Shown here in pieces: positions 36,858 through 44,072 of a stretch of 48,535 nucleotides of DNA. Source of the DNA: a virus. Position 1 is the first letter of the stretch, and each line of letters begins with the position of its first letter. The stretch covers positions 1 through 48,535 of IMG/VR virus record IMGVR_UViG_3300019861_000001, one strand, 5' to 3'. The notes under the pieces are model-generated. The model saw only the letters and a list, made by a program, of their open reading frames with translations. It had not been told where the DNA came from and made no database searches. The position numbers were made by a program, and so were the translations under genes.

Positions 36858-38075
36858 TTAATAACTTTGCAAAAACTCTACTCTTACATAACTAATCGTC
36901 ACTGTGTCAGTAGCATCATCACTCCCGATCCTACACTTTATTGTCTTAGCACCTCCAGCAAAGTCAGTTGTATCTACAGCCTGGTCATAAATAACGTGCT
37001 GACCATTGACAAGTAGTGTTCCAGTACAAAACTGGTGAGCGTAGTCAGTGTATTCAGATACAGTAAACTCAACTTTAAAATCTCCCTGAACAGTATCAGC
37101 TGTAGCAAGTGTAACTATATCAGCATTATCAACATAGAGGTAAATACTCGTTACACCAGCACCACCTGCTACATTCCCAGATAATGTCCACTTTAGAGTT
37201 TTCCCTGCACAAAAGGTATCGTCACTTAAAGTTATACTAGAACCTGTAACATCTTCAGTACCAGCATCTGTTTCGGTAGTTGCAGTAAATCCCTGGGAAA
37301 TAACTAATGGAATTGCCCCGTTGTTTGCTCCTACATCTGGTTGATACATAGTTCCATTTTCTTTAAATCCAGTACCTAAAGGTGGAGCAGAAAAGGTTAG
37401 TGAACTATCCCCATCCGTAGTCATGGCTTCATAAAATTGATGAGCCTGGGGATTGTCTGTCCTTGTGGTTGAAAGACTAGCCCCAGATACATTACCAGTA
37501 GCTGCTACTGTAGTAGACGCAGTTACCGAGGTAAAAGCTCCCGTTGATGCTATGGTTGAACCAATAGGTGTACTTTGAAGTGATGGTAATATCCACTCTC
37601 CATTACCATAAACAGTTCCAATAGCAGTCGTATAGTTATAGAACATGACAGGAGTTTCGGCTGCTCCTAACGCCTGCCACCCAGTACCGTTCTTCTTACC
37701 ACCACGAATAACGACAGCAGGGTAACTGTCAGTAGGATCAGTAGCTCCTATAATACCGGTCAACCTTAAAGCTCCAGACTGATTTGCTTCAGTCATACCA
37801 TAGAGATCAAATCCTCCAGAAGCTCCAATCTGAAAGGCAGCCATATAGTCAGCAGTTGGAGCGATAGAAGTCATTCCATGAGTTACATCAGCCCCGTATA
37901 GATATTCATCAGTGAATGTAGCTGTATCAGGTGTAGTAGCTCCTATCTCTCCTGGCTCTGAGAGATCAACAGATCCTCCTCCTCCTCCAATCATTCCTCC
38001 TCCTATTTGCCCATAAGAATAAGGACATACCAATAGGAATAAGAATATGATGAATAGATAAATAAATCTTTTCAT
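36858..38075 (-). CDS. Signal-peptide Gly/Thr-rich protein (fibre/receptor-binding candidate; start moved)
   Basis: ATG 38075 has SD GGAGGA 5 nt upstream. MKRFIYLFIIFLFLLVCPYSYG/QIGGGMIGGGGGS. Confidence 0.5.
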   Translation of the reverse strand: MKRFIYLFIIFLFLLVCPYSYGQIGGGMIGGGGGSVDLSEPGEIGATTPDTATFTDEYLYGADVTHGMTSIAPTADYMAAFQIGASGGFDLYGMTEANQSGALRLTGIIGATDPTDSYPAVVIRGGKKNGTGWQALGAAETPVMFYNYTTAIGTVYGNGEWILPSLQSTPIGSTIASTGAFTSVTASTTVAATGNVSGASLSTTRTDNPQAHQFYEAMTTDGDSSLTFSAPPLGTGFKENGTMYQPDVGANNGAIPLVISQGFTATTETDAGTEDVTGSSITLSDDTFCAGKTLKWTLSGNVAGGAGVTSIYLYVDNADIVTLATADTVQGDFKVEFTVSEYTDYAHQFCTGTLLVNGQHVIYDQAVDTTDFAGGAKTIKCRIGSDDATDTVTISYVRVEFLQSY

Positions 38076-38085
38076 TATAATCCTC

Positions 38086-38418
38086 CTATGCTCTAGAAGC
38101 AAACTTATAAGTTACTTTTAACGATGCAGCTAAAGTTACTTTTATAGCTCTAAAGTTAACTATATCAGCTGGATTCTTTATGGTAAGGTTCTGCCCCTTT
38201 TCTAGAAGATGTCCTATTAATGCTGTTGGAGTAGTCCCATCCAAAGTAAATCTAATATCATCAGTCTCCAACGTACAAAGAACTTCTTGACACACTTTGC
38301 CCAAGAAGTTCCCTGATGTAGGTTTGATCTTTGTAGCTGTAAAACCTATAACTGTATCTACAGTTAAAGCCTCATATCCACCTGAGATATATCCACCTTC
38401 TATTATAATATCGCTCAT
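38086..38418 (-). CDS. Hypothetical protein (start moved to MSDIII)
   Basis: ATG 38418 has SD GAGGAG. The alternative start 38457 overlaps the upstream stop (ATGA). Confidence 0.55.
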   Translation of the reverse strand: MSDIIIEGGYISGGYEALTVDTVIGFTATKIKPTSGNFLGKVCQEVLCTLETDDIRFTLDGTTPTALIGHLLEKGQNLTIKNPADIVNFRAIKVTLAASLKVTYKFASRA

Positions 38419-38453
38419 GATGATCTCCTCTATGGAAAATAATTTTACATAGG

Positions 38454-38984
38454 TCATATGTCAATAACTTGACCACTCTCCTTAGCCCGTTTCTTAATAT
38501 CCTCGATATCTTGAGCTGTGAAATGTCCATGTAGATGTAGGTTGGCTCCAGGTTTTTGTGCTGGATAACCAGCTCTATCAAGCCAGCGTTCTGCAGTAGC
38601 TACTGTAAGGGAAGGAGAAACTAGGGATCCTACTGTATCAGGTTTACGATCTATAACGTCCTCCAGTACCTCCAAAACCTTAGGAAGTTTAGCTTTTATT
38701 CTAGCCATCACGTCTATAACTTCGCAATCTCTAGCTCCCTGCATAAGCTCCATTTTATCCTTGACAACTTGGGAGTTGCGGGTGTAAGAAACAGTAGCTT
38801 CACTGATCCCTAAACGTTCTGCTATTTCAGTATTTTTGAGGCCCAGAAGGACTAGGCGAGAAATCTCGTGGTGAATGTCCCACATCTTGGACACCTCGAA
38901 GGTTCTGCGGTCAGAAGGAGGAACCGTGCGTAGATCTGGGCCTCTATTCCCATCAAAGTACTTATACTTACCATTACTTCCCAT
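38454..38984 (-). CDS. HTH (LuxR/sigma-region-4-like) DNA-binding protein: late regulator or small terminase candidate
   Basis: ISRLVLLGLKNTEIAERLGISEATVSY. C-terminal ERWLDRAGY resembles small-terminase tails. Second gene of the late arm. Confidence 0.45.
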   Translation of the reverse strand: MGSNGKYKYFDGNRGPDLRTVPPSDRRTFEVSKMWDIHHEISRLVLLGLKNTEIAERLGISEATVSYTRNSQVVKDKMELMQGARDCEVIDVMARIKAKLPKVLEVLEDVIDRKPDTVGSLVSPSLTVATAERWLDRAGYPAQKPGANLHLHGHFTAQDIEDIKKRAKESGQVIDI

Positions 38985-39130
38985 TATCTCTTCCTACCTC
39001 CTCTATCTGGCTTAAACCCATGCTTGACGGCTTCAGCTACCCTCTCAAAATTCTCCCGCTTTTTAGATGATTTAAACTTCCTTACCGAGCCATCACTCAT
39101 TTTTAACCTATTACCACTGAGTTTAGTCAT
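38984..39130 (-). CDS. Small, very basic protein (48 aa), first gene of the late arm, not in ORF track
   Basis: SD AAGGAGGG 4 nt upstream of ATG 39130. Its stop overlaps the next ATG (TAATG). 15 of 48 residues are K or R. Confidence 0.55.
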   Translation of the reverse strand: MTKLSGNRLKMSDGSVRKFKSSKKRENFERVAEAVKHGFKPDRGGRKR

Positions 39131-39153
39131 AACACCCTCCTTATTATAAACCC

Positions 39154-39182
39154 ATTTTAACACACAATTACTTAGCTGTCAA
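39154..39182 (-). promoter_or_regulatory. Sigma70-type promoter of the minus (late) arm
   Basis: Minus strand reads TTGACA-17 nt-TAAAAT. A TTTCCACAAA box (39191-39200) lies 8 nt upstream of the -35. Confidence 0.6.
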
Positions 39183-39239
39183 GTCAAATTTTTGTGGAAA
39201 TAACTCCAGTAAAGTACCCACAGTACCCATTAGTACTTC

Positions 39240-39262
39240 CTATGGTAAATTTTTTACCATAG
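39240..39262. repeat. 23-bp palindrome family copy CTATGGTAAATTTTTTACCATAG in the divergent control region
   Basis: Perfect 10-bp arms, 57 bp upstream of the minus-arm -35. Followed by hairpin GAGGAC-ctc-GTCCTC. Confidence 0.9.
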
Positions 39263-39299
39263 AGGACCTCGTCCTCCTCGTGGTGGACGTTAGTCCATT

Positions 39300-39313
39300 C
39301 CACAAAATTGTGG
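39300..39313. repeat. Inverted repeat CCACAA-AA-TTGTGG (dyad version of the TTCCACAAA box)
   Basis: 6-bp arms, read directly from the sequence. Confidence 0.7.
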
Positions 39314-39455
39314 TAATAGGAAAACTGGACATAATCTAAAACTGCCTTATAGCCCGAAAATTTCTACGTTTTCCCCCTTTGAGTTGTGCAAATGACACAC
39401 TCAGTTGTCCTAATGACAAAATATGCAATGAAAACAACGAGTTGTAAAATAACTG

Positions 39456-39484
39456 TTGACATTCACAAAAATCACTGGTAAAAT
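39456..39484 (+). promoter_or_regulatory. Sigma70-type promoter P1 of the plus (early) arm
   Basis: TTGACA-17 nt-TAAAAT. About 118-nt leader before ATG 39609. A degenerate palindrome copy overlaps the -10. Confidence 0.6.
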
Positions 39485-39608
39485 GTGAACCATGAAATCG
39501 AAATGGTTTCTATGTCATACATACGTAGTATGATATTGCTCTTTGACAATTGAATAGTAAACCGTCCAAGTTCTCCATGATACCACAAACATAGAAAGCG
39601 AGGTTGTC

Positions 39609-39968
39609 ATGGAAACAATCAAAATACAGACCAATTCACTAAAGGGCGGAGATCTACCAGAGGACTTCACCATAGTCGATCCGATTATAGTCCTCGAGAA
39701 CGATACTCCAGAACAGTTCCCAAAGGGAGATATGTTGACACTGTTTATCGAAGGTGCGAGAGTACGAGCGCAAAGAGTACTACGGGCAAAAGGCGTTGCA
39801 TATCTAAAAGGGAAGAAAGAATTCACACTCAAGATGTCGGAACTGTTCGAGCGTAGGTCTACCGTGAAAGTACTAACACCTGACGAGTACGTGGACATGA
39901 TATTGAAGAGTGGCGATAAGAAAGCTATCGCTGAACTCGAAGAAAAATTGGCAAAAGCAAAAAAGTAA
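39609..39968 (+). CDS. Early hypothetical protein
   Basis: 119-aa ORF, first on the plus arm. SD GAGG. Confidence 0.7.
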   Translation: METIKIQTNSLKGGDLPEDFTIVDPIIVLENDTPEQFPKGDMLTLFIEGARVRAQRVLRAKGVAYLKGKKEFTLKMSELFERRSTVKVLTPDEYVDMILKSGDKKAIAELEEKLAKAKK

Positions 39969-40030
39969 TACTAATCGGAGAACTGGACGGTAAACTATTC
40001 AAAACAACACTATAACAAACGAGGTATAAA

Positions 40031-40159
40031 ATGTATACAGTGGAAACAGGTATAGGATCAATCAATCCTAAGAGCATAGACGATTTAATAGAGTGGATAA
40101 GAATTACAGATACATTCTTCGATAGTTTTGAGATGTCTATTACCAAAACTAAAGAATAA
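40031..40159 (+). CDS. Small early ORF (42 aa), not in ORF track
   Basis: SD GAGGT 5 nt upstream of the ATG. Confidence 0.4.
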   Translation: MYTVETGIGSINPKSIDDLIEWIRITDTFFDSFEMSITKTKE

Positions 40160-40186
40160 ACTCTCCAAATCTTTCATTCCAACTCC

Positions 40187-40215
40187 TTGACATTGTTTGG
40201 GAGTTGTGGTATAAT
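40187..40215 (+). promoter_or_regulatory. Sigma70-type early promoter P2 with extended -10
   Basis: TTGACA-17 nt-TATAAT. Shares AGTTGTGGTATAAT with P3 and P4. Confidence 0.7.
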
Positions 40216-40245
40216 AACAGTAAACACTAATAAAAGGATAAAACT

Positions 40246-40476
40246 ATGAAACGCTATTCCTATTCAACTACGTCTTATGACTACGCACAAACTGGGGCTA
40301 TATTCTTAATGGGATATCTTATTAGTTTTAGTTATCGTAGCGAGAATCGAGGTGGAACGAGATGGTATGTCCTAACTGTTATCTTCGAGAACGAAGAGGA
40401 TGCCAATAAACTATGGAGACTACTTAATGACACTATAGGGAATATAGGTGCGTTTAGTTTTGGGCATAGGAGATAA
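40246..40476 (+). CDS. Early hypothetical protein
   Basis: 76-aa ORF downstream of P2. Confidence 0.6.
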   Translation: MKRYSYSTTSYDYAQTGAIFLMGYLISFSYRSENRGGTRWYVLTVIFENEEDANKLWRLLNDTIGNIGAFSFGHRR

Positions 40477-40565
40477 CAATGAAGAGGGCCGAGGTGGATA
40501 TGGAGTTGTCAAGGTAGTACTACGACCATAGATGATGTAAATGTGGAATCCCTAACCCTAGGGCT

Positions 40566-40781
40566 TTAGTCCTTAGTTGCTAGTTGGGGGGGTGGTATGG
40601 GAAATACATTTTACCATAGATGAACATATAAGAATGGGTGTAACTACTCTTTTCTTCTAAAAAAAAAAATAAATAAAAAAAAATAAGAAGAAAGAAATAG
40701 AATAACATTATCTACGTAAATATTCATCTATGGTAAATTTCATTAATTGAAGCGAGGTGGGGACTAGCAACTAAGGACTAA
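40566..40781. repeat. 216-bp nested imperfect palindrome around an A/T-only tract (origin-like or structured-RNA element)
   Basis: Three arm pairs: 40566-40584/40763-40781 (19 bp perfect), 40610-40624/40723-40737 (15 bp perfect) and 40652-40658/40686-40692 (7 bp). They flank a 27-nt A/T-only run at 40659-40685. Confidence 0.85.
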
Positions 40782-40822
40782 CCACTAAACACAGGAGATT
40801 AGTATTTCCACAAAATATTACA

Positions 40823-40851
40823 TTTACAAATGTAATTAGTTGTGGTATAAT
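40823..40851 (+). promoter_or_regulatory. Sigma70-type early promoter P3
   Basis: TTTACA-17 nt-TATAAT with AGTTGTGGTATAAT. A TTTCCACAAA box (40805-40814) lies 8 nt upstream of the -35. Confidence 0.65.
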
Positions 40852-40877
40852 TAATAATATAGAGAGTGAGGTACTAG

Positions 40878-41072
40878 ATGGTAGAACTAACAACAGAGCA
40901 GAGAGAGGCAGTAAACAAAGGTATAAATGCTATCGCAGATATTTATAGGCAGTTAATGTGGGAGTGGGATTGGAAGTATGTGAAGGAGTATAACGGGGCT
41001 ACAGAGAATGGAGATGGGATACTCAGGGTTACAAAGTATAATGGAGTAGCGCACGAAGGTAGGTTTATTTAA
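40878..41072 (+). CDS. Early hypothetical protein
   Basis: 64-aa ORF with SD GTGAGGT. Confidence 0.6.
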   Translation: MVELTTEQREAVNKGINAIADIYRQLMWEWDWKYVKEYNGATENGDGILRVTKYNGVAHEGRFI

Positions 41073-41095
41073 TAATAGAGAAAGTGAGGTACTAG

Positions 41096-41215
41096 ATGGA
41101 AATATTAGATTATAACTGGGCTATATATGATTACTGTCTTTACTGGCAGATGTGGCATAGTTATCCTCATGACTTGGACGGTAGAGGATATACAAAGTAT
41201 AATGAGAAAATATAG
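41096..41215 (+). CDS. Small early ORF (39 aa, Trp/Tyr-rich), not in ORF track
   Basis: Same initiation region (AGTGAGGTACTAGATGG) as ORF 40878. Confidence 0.4.
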   Translation: MEILDYNWAIYDYCLYWQMWHSYPHDLDGRGYTKYNEKI

Positions 41216-41224
41216 GGAGTAATT

Positions 41225-41401
41225 ATGAGTGGTATAACTATTAAAATCAGACTAAGTTACAATGACTTAGAAGATTTAGAGGTTATAAATGAGTGGGCTA
41301 GAAAGAAACTATCTATATCCTCAGGAAGTAAACAGCAGACTATACAGATAGCTACAGAGATAGTAGCTAAACATGCTAGGAAGGAGTTGGGATATGAGTA
41401 A
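41225..41401 (+). CDS. Small early ORF (58 aa), not in ORF track
   Basis: SD GGGAG upstream. Overlaps the next start by 8 nt. Confidence 0.45.
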   Translation: MSGITIKIRLSYNDLEDLEVINEWARKKLSISSGSKQQTIQIATEIVAKHARKELGYE

Positions 41402-41867
41402 TACACCAAGAAATGATAGCACGTTAGAGGTTAGTTGTAAACGGACTATGCTGGCTAATCTTACGAAGTGGTATGTACTAAATTATGGAAGAAATCCCAA
41501 GAGTAAAGCGGATTTACTACGAACGGTTCTGGAGGAAGCAGAGCGGGCGATTATAGTTGATGGAGTTATAGAGCCGGTTGGGAGTATTGAGGAAGCTCAG
41601 GCGGTGTTAGGAGAAGCAGGGCTATACGAGTTGAATAGGTTGGGGAAGATGAGTAAGGGGTTGAGTATAAATATTAGGGCCGAGAAGAATAGGAACAAGT
41701 ATTCTCCTGAGGATATTATTAGTGGAGCAAAACAGTTTCTCGATGATATGAGGAAGAAAGAAGAGGTAAAGATTAAGGAACAGGATTACTCGGCCGAGAA
41801 TCTACGCAAACAACTTGGGACGGTGCCGGAGGGGATAGTGGTGAAAACAGATGAACGGAGTGAGTAG
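41394..41867 (+). CDS. Early hypothetical protein (start moved to MSNTPRN)
   Basis: ATG 41394 has SD AAGGAG 7 nt upstream. Confidence 0.65.
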   Translation: MSNTPRNDSTLEVSCKRTMLANLTKWYVLNYGRNPKSKADLLRTVLEEAERAIIVDGVIEPVGSIEEAQAVLGEAGLYELNRLGKMSKGLSINIRAEKNRNKYSPEDIISGAKQFLDDMRKKEEVKIKEQDYSAENLRKQLGTVPEGIVVKTDERSE

Positions 41868-41891
41868 TATAAATAGTAATAGTATTATCGT

Positions 41892-41914
41892 CTATGGTAA
41901 ATATTTTACCATAG
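41892..41914. repeat. 23-bp palindrome family copy CTATGGTAAATATTTTACCATAG
   Basis: Lies 25 nt after the stop at 41867 and 39 nt upstream of the P4 -35. Confidence 0.9.
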
Positions 41915-41952
41915 ATGAGCAACAAACTCTTAAAGAGTTTTGGTGCAACTAC

Positions 41953-41981
41953 TTGACAAACCATTATAGTTGTGGTATAAT
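41953..41981 (+). promoter_or_regulatory. Sigma70-type early promoter P4
   Basis: TTGACA-17 nt-TATAAT with AGTTGTGGTATAAT. Confidence 0.7.
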
Positions 41982-42024
41982 ATGGCTATAATAGTTAATA
42001 TTAATAATTCTTTTGGAGGATATT

Positions 42025-42204
42025 ATGACCTACAAACAATTAGTTAAAAAGTTTGAGGATATTGAGGGACCTTTCTCACATAACGTAGCCTATACAGACA
42101 ACCCAAGTTGGTGGGAAGGATACGCATCAGCACTCGCTGATACAGAGCAAATAACAGAAAAAATATTCGATAGATTTATAGAGTTTCTAAAAACCAGAAC
42201 ATAG
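42025..42204 (+). CDS. Early hypothetical protein (ATG start)
   Basis: ATG 42025 has SD GGAGGA. The track start is a TTG 12 nt upstream. Confidence 0.6.
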   Translation: MTYKQLVKKFEDIEGPFSHNVAYTDNPSWWEGYASALADTEQITEKIFDRFIEFLKTRT

Positions 42205-42238
42205 TGAAGTATAAGCATAAGGAAGGAGGTGATATAAA

Positions 42239-42382
42239 ATGACTATGGAGTTTATAGCTATTTGGTTCTTCGGGACAATAGGAGTTATGATGGGAGTTCT
42301 GGCAGGGAATCTATGGCTGGATAGAATCAGCCGTAGGAAGAGGACAAGAAAAATAATTCTTAGAAGGTTGAAGGAGGTATAG
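42239..42382 (+). CDS. Small membrane protein (47 aa), not in ORF track
   Basis: SD GGAAGGAGG. TM FIAIWFFGTIGVMMGVLAG followed by a basic tail. Confidence 0.5.
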   Translation: MTMEFIAIWFFGTIGVMMGVLAGNLWLDRISRRKRTRKIILRRLKEV

Positions 42383-42383
42383 C

Positions 42384-42728
42384 ATGTGGATAGAAGTCCA
42401 ACCTCCAGTCGAGATGGCTGGGCTATCTCCGGATGAGATAGTAGAAATGGCAATAGAAAAGCTCAAAGAGCTTCATAAGAAGATAAGGGTTTTGGAGGAG
42501 CAACTGGCTCCTCTCAATAGGGAGTTTCTATTCTGGTGGAAACTCAAGAAACAGGAGTTGTTAAAGAAAACTCCCATAACTAAGGTTCCTGAGGGAGTAT
42601 CAGCGAGGGATAGGGAGGTATCGTGGAGGTTAAAACAGGTAGATATTGAGAGCTTCGTCAGCCAGATGAGCGATGAAAGTAGAATGGCGTTACTAACAAA
42701 ACTTCAAGAAAGGAGCAAGGAACTATAA
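42384..42728 (+). CDS. Early hypothetical protein (coiled coil)
   Basis: 114-aa ORF with SD GAAGGAGG. Confidence 0.65.
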   Translation: MWIEVQPPVEMAGLSPDEIVEMAIEKLKELHKKIRVLEEQLAPLNREFLFWWKLKKQELLKKTPITKVPEGVSARDREVSWRLKQVDIESFVSQMSDESRMALLTKLQERSKEL

Positions 42729-42997
42729 TGGGAATGATAACAGCAGTAGTAACTGTACTCCCTCAGTGTAGTTTCTGCAATGAAGTAGCTCACTATGATT
42801 TTAGAACTTATAATGGTAGTTGGGCTTATGGATGTGAGAAACATTGGAGAGGGTATAGAGCAACTGAAGGATTGGGACTGGGAGAAGGGCAACTTCTCAT
42901 TAGTGCCAAGGAGATTAGGAAAATGCACGAATATATAGTAAGAAAGAAGGTGGAATATGAAGAGGCTTTTATTTCTACTTGGACTGAAGAAAGTTGA
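42728..42997 (+). CDS. Early Cys-rich hypothetical protein
   Basis: 89-aa ORF containing CSFC...GCEKH. Confidence 0.6.
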   Translation: MGMITAVVTVLPQCSFCNEVAHYDFRTYNGSWAYGCEKHWRGYRATEGLGLGEGQLLISAKEIRKMHEYIVRKKVEYEEAFISTWTEES

Positions 42998-43069
42998 TCT
43001 ACTGGATGTTCCTCTGGAAAGAAGGTTACTAATAAACTATTTAATCAGGTTTAATAGGAGGAATATACT

Positions 43070-43276
43070 ATGGAATGGGAGAATCATAGAGAACTAACTC
43101 CTCAGGAGAAGATAGATATTCTTATGGGAGTTGGAAAGTATAAGCAAGCGGCTACTATAGCCGAGGAACTTGGGAGGAGGATAGAGATTAAGGATAGTAG
43201 AGGAACCATGTATAGAATAGCTCCTGATGGGTCAGTTAGACGGTTAGTCAGTAAAAGAAGAAGAAGAGGACGTTAA
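43070..43276 (+). CDS. Early hypothetical protein with basic tail
   Basis: 68-aa ORF with SD AGGAGG. C-terminus KRRRRGR. Confidence 0.6.
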   Translation: MEWENHRELTPQEKIDILMGVGKYKQAATIAEELGRRIEIKDSRGTMYRIAPDGSVRRLVSKRRRRGR

Positions 43277-43277
43277 T

Positions 43278-43300
43278 CTTTGGTAAAATTTTTACCATAG
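43278..43300. repeat. 23-bp palindrome family copy CTTTGGTAAAATTTTTACCATAG
   Basis: Starts 2 nt after the stop at 43276. Its right arm runs into the SD (ATAGGAG) of ORF 43310. Confidence 0.9.
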
Positions 43301-43309
43301 GAGAATAGT

Positions 43310-43501
43310 ATGATAAGGAAAATATATGTATTTGGTAAGATTGTGGAGGTAGAGTTTAGCTATGAAGAACCAGAGAGAGGTTCTAACTATGTAGGTGGTT
43401 ATGAGGTTTATGAGATAGACGACATTCCGTCTCACTTCTTTACCAATGATTATATATCTGAAGTAATTAGACGTTTAGAAGAACTGAGGAGTGCAAGGTG
43501 A
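43310..43501 (+). CDS. Early hypothetical protein
   Basis: 63-aa ORF. Confidence 0.6.
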   Translation: MIRKIYVFGKIVEVEFSYEEPERGSNYVGGYEVYEIDDIPSHFFTNDYISEVIRRLEELRSAR

Positions 43502-43523
43502 TATATTTCCACAAATTATTACA

Positions 43524-43552
43524 TTGACCAACAAGCCAAGTTATGTTAATAT
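43524..43552 (+). promoter_or_regulatory. Sigma70-type promoter P5
   Basis: TTGACC-17 nt-TAATAT. A TTTCCACAAA box (43506-43515) lies 8 nt upstream of the -35. Confidence 0.55.
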
Positions 43553-43675
43553 GGTTATTAATCAGTTAAAGGTTTAATATAGTTTGGAGAAAGGAGGTCT
43601 GTGCGGAATACCTATAAAACAGTTTAATTGTGTCTATAGTATTATAAACTAATTATTAAGAAAAGGAGAAAAATT

Positions 43676-44026
43676 ATGGCTATGACAGAAATTACAGCAA
43701 AAAAGAAAATAGGAGATGTAGACAAGGTCGCAACTATAGTGTATGACTTCGGGGCTAATCTGAAAGAGATGGCTAGTAAGTTCGGTGAAGAGGTCGTGTT
43801 TACTAACGCTCGAGGCTCGTTTGTTATTACAGCTCAGGCAATCATGAGGAAAGCTTTAGAGACTGGTAAGTCTCAGGAAGAAGTTGCCGCCAAGATGAGT
43901 GCTTGGAAACCTGGTATTGCTATTGCTCGTACAGTTGATCCCGCAGCTGCACTGGTAGCTCAGTGGGCTTCCTACACTCCAGAGAAACAGCAGGAGATCC
44001 TGGCTGCTCTCAAAGGTAGGAAGTAG
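43676..44026 (+). CDS. Hypothetical protein in its own promoter-to-terminator unit
   Basis: 116-aa ORF with SD AAAGGAG, between P5 and the terminator at 44045. Confidence 0.7.
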   Translation: MAMTEITAKKKIGDVDKVATIVYDFGANLKEMASKFGEEVVFTNARGSFVITAQAIMRKALETGKSQEEVAAKMSAWKPGIAIARTVDPAAALVAQWASYTPEKQQEILAALKGRK

Positions 44027-44044
44027 ACTGTTAAATTAAGAGTT

Positions 44045-44072
44045 GGGGAGGTTATTCCTCCCCTCTCTTTTT
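44045..44072 (+). terminator. Rho-independent terminator
   Basis: GGGGAGG-ttatt-CCTCCCC followed by TCTCTTTTT. Confidence 0.8.

Noticed and set aside
39543-39548. Second TTGACA in the P1 leader as an additional promoter
   Set aside because: There is no acceptable -10 hexamer 16-18 nt downstream.
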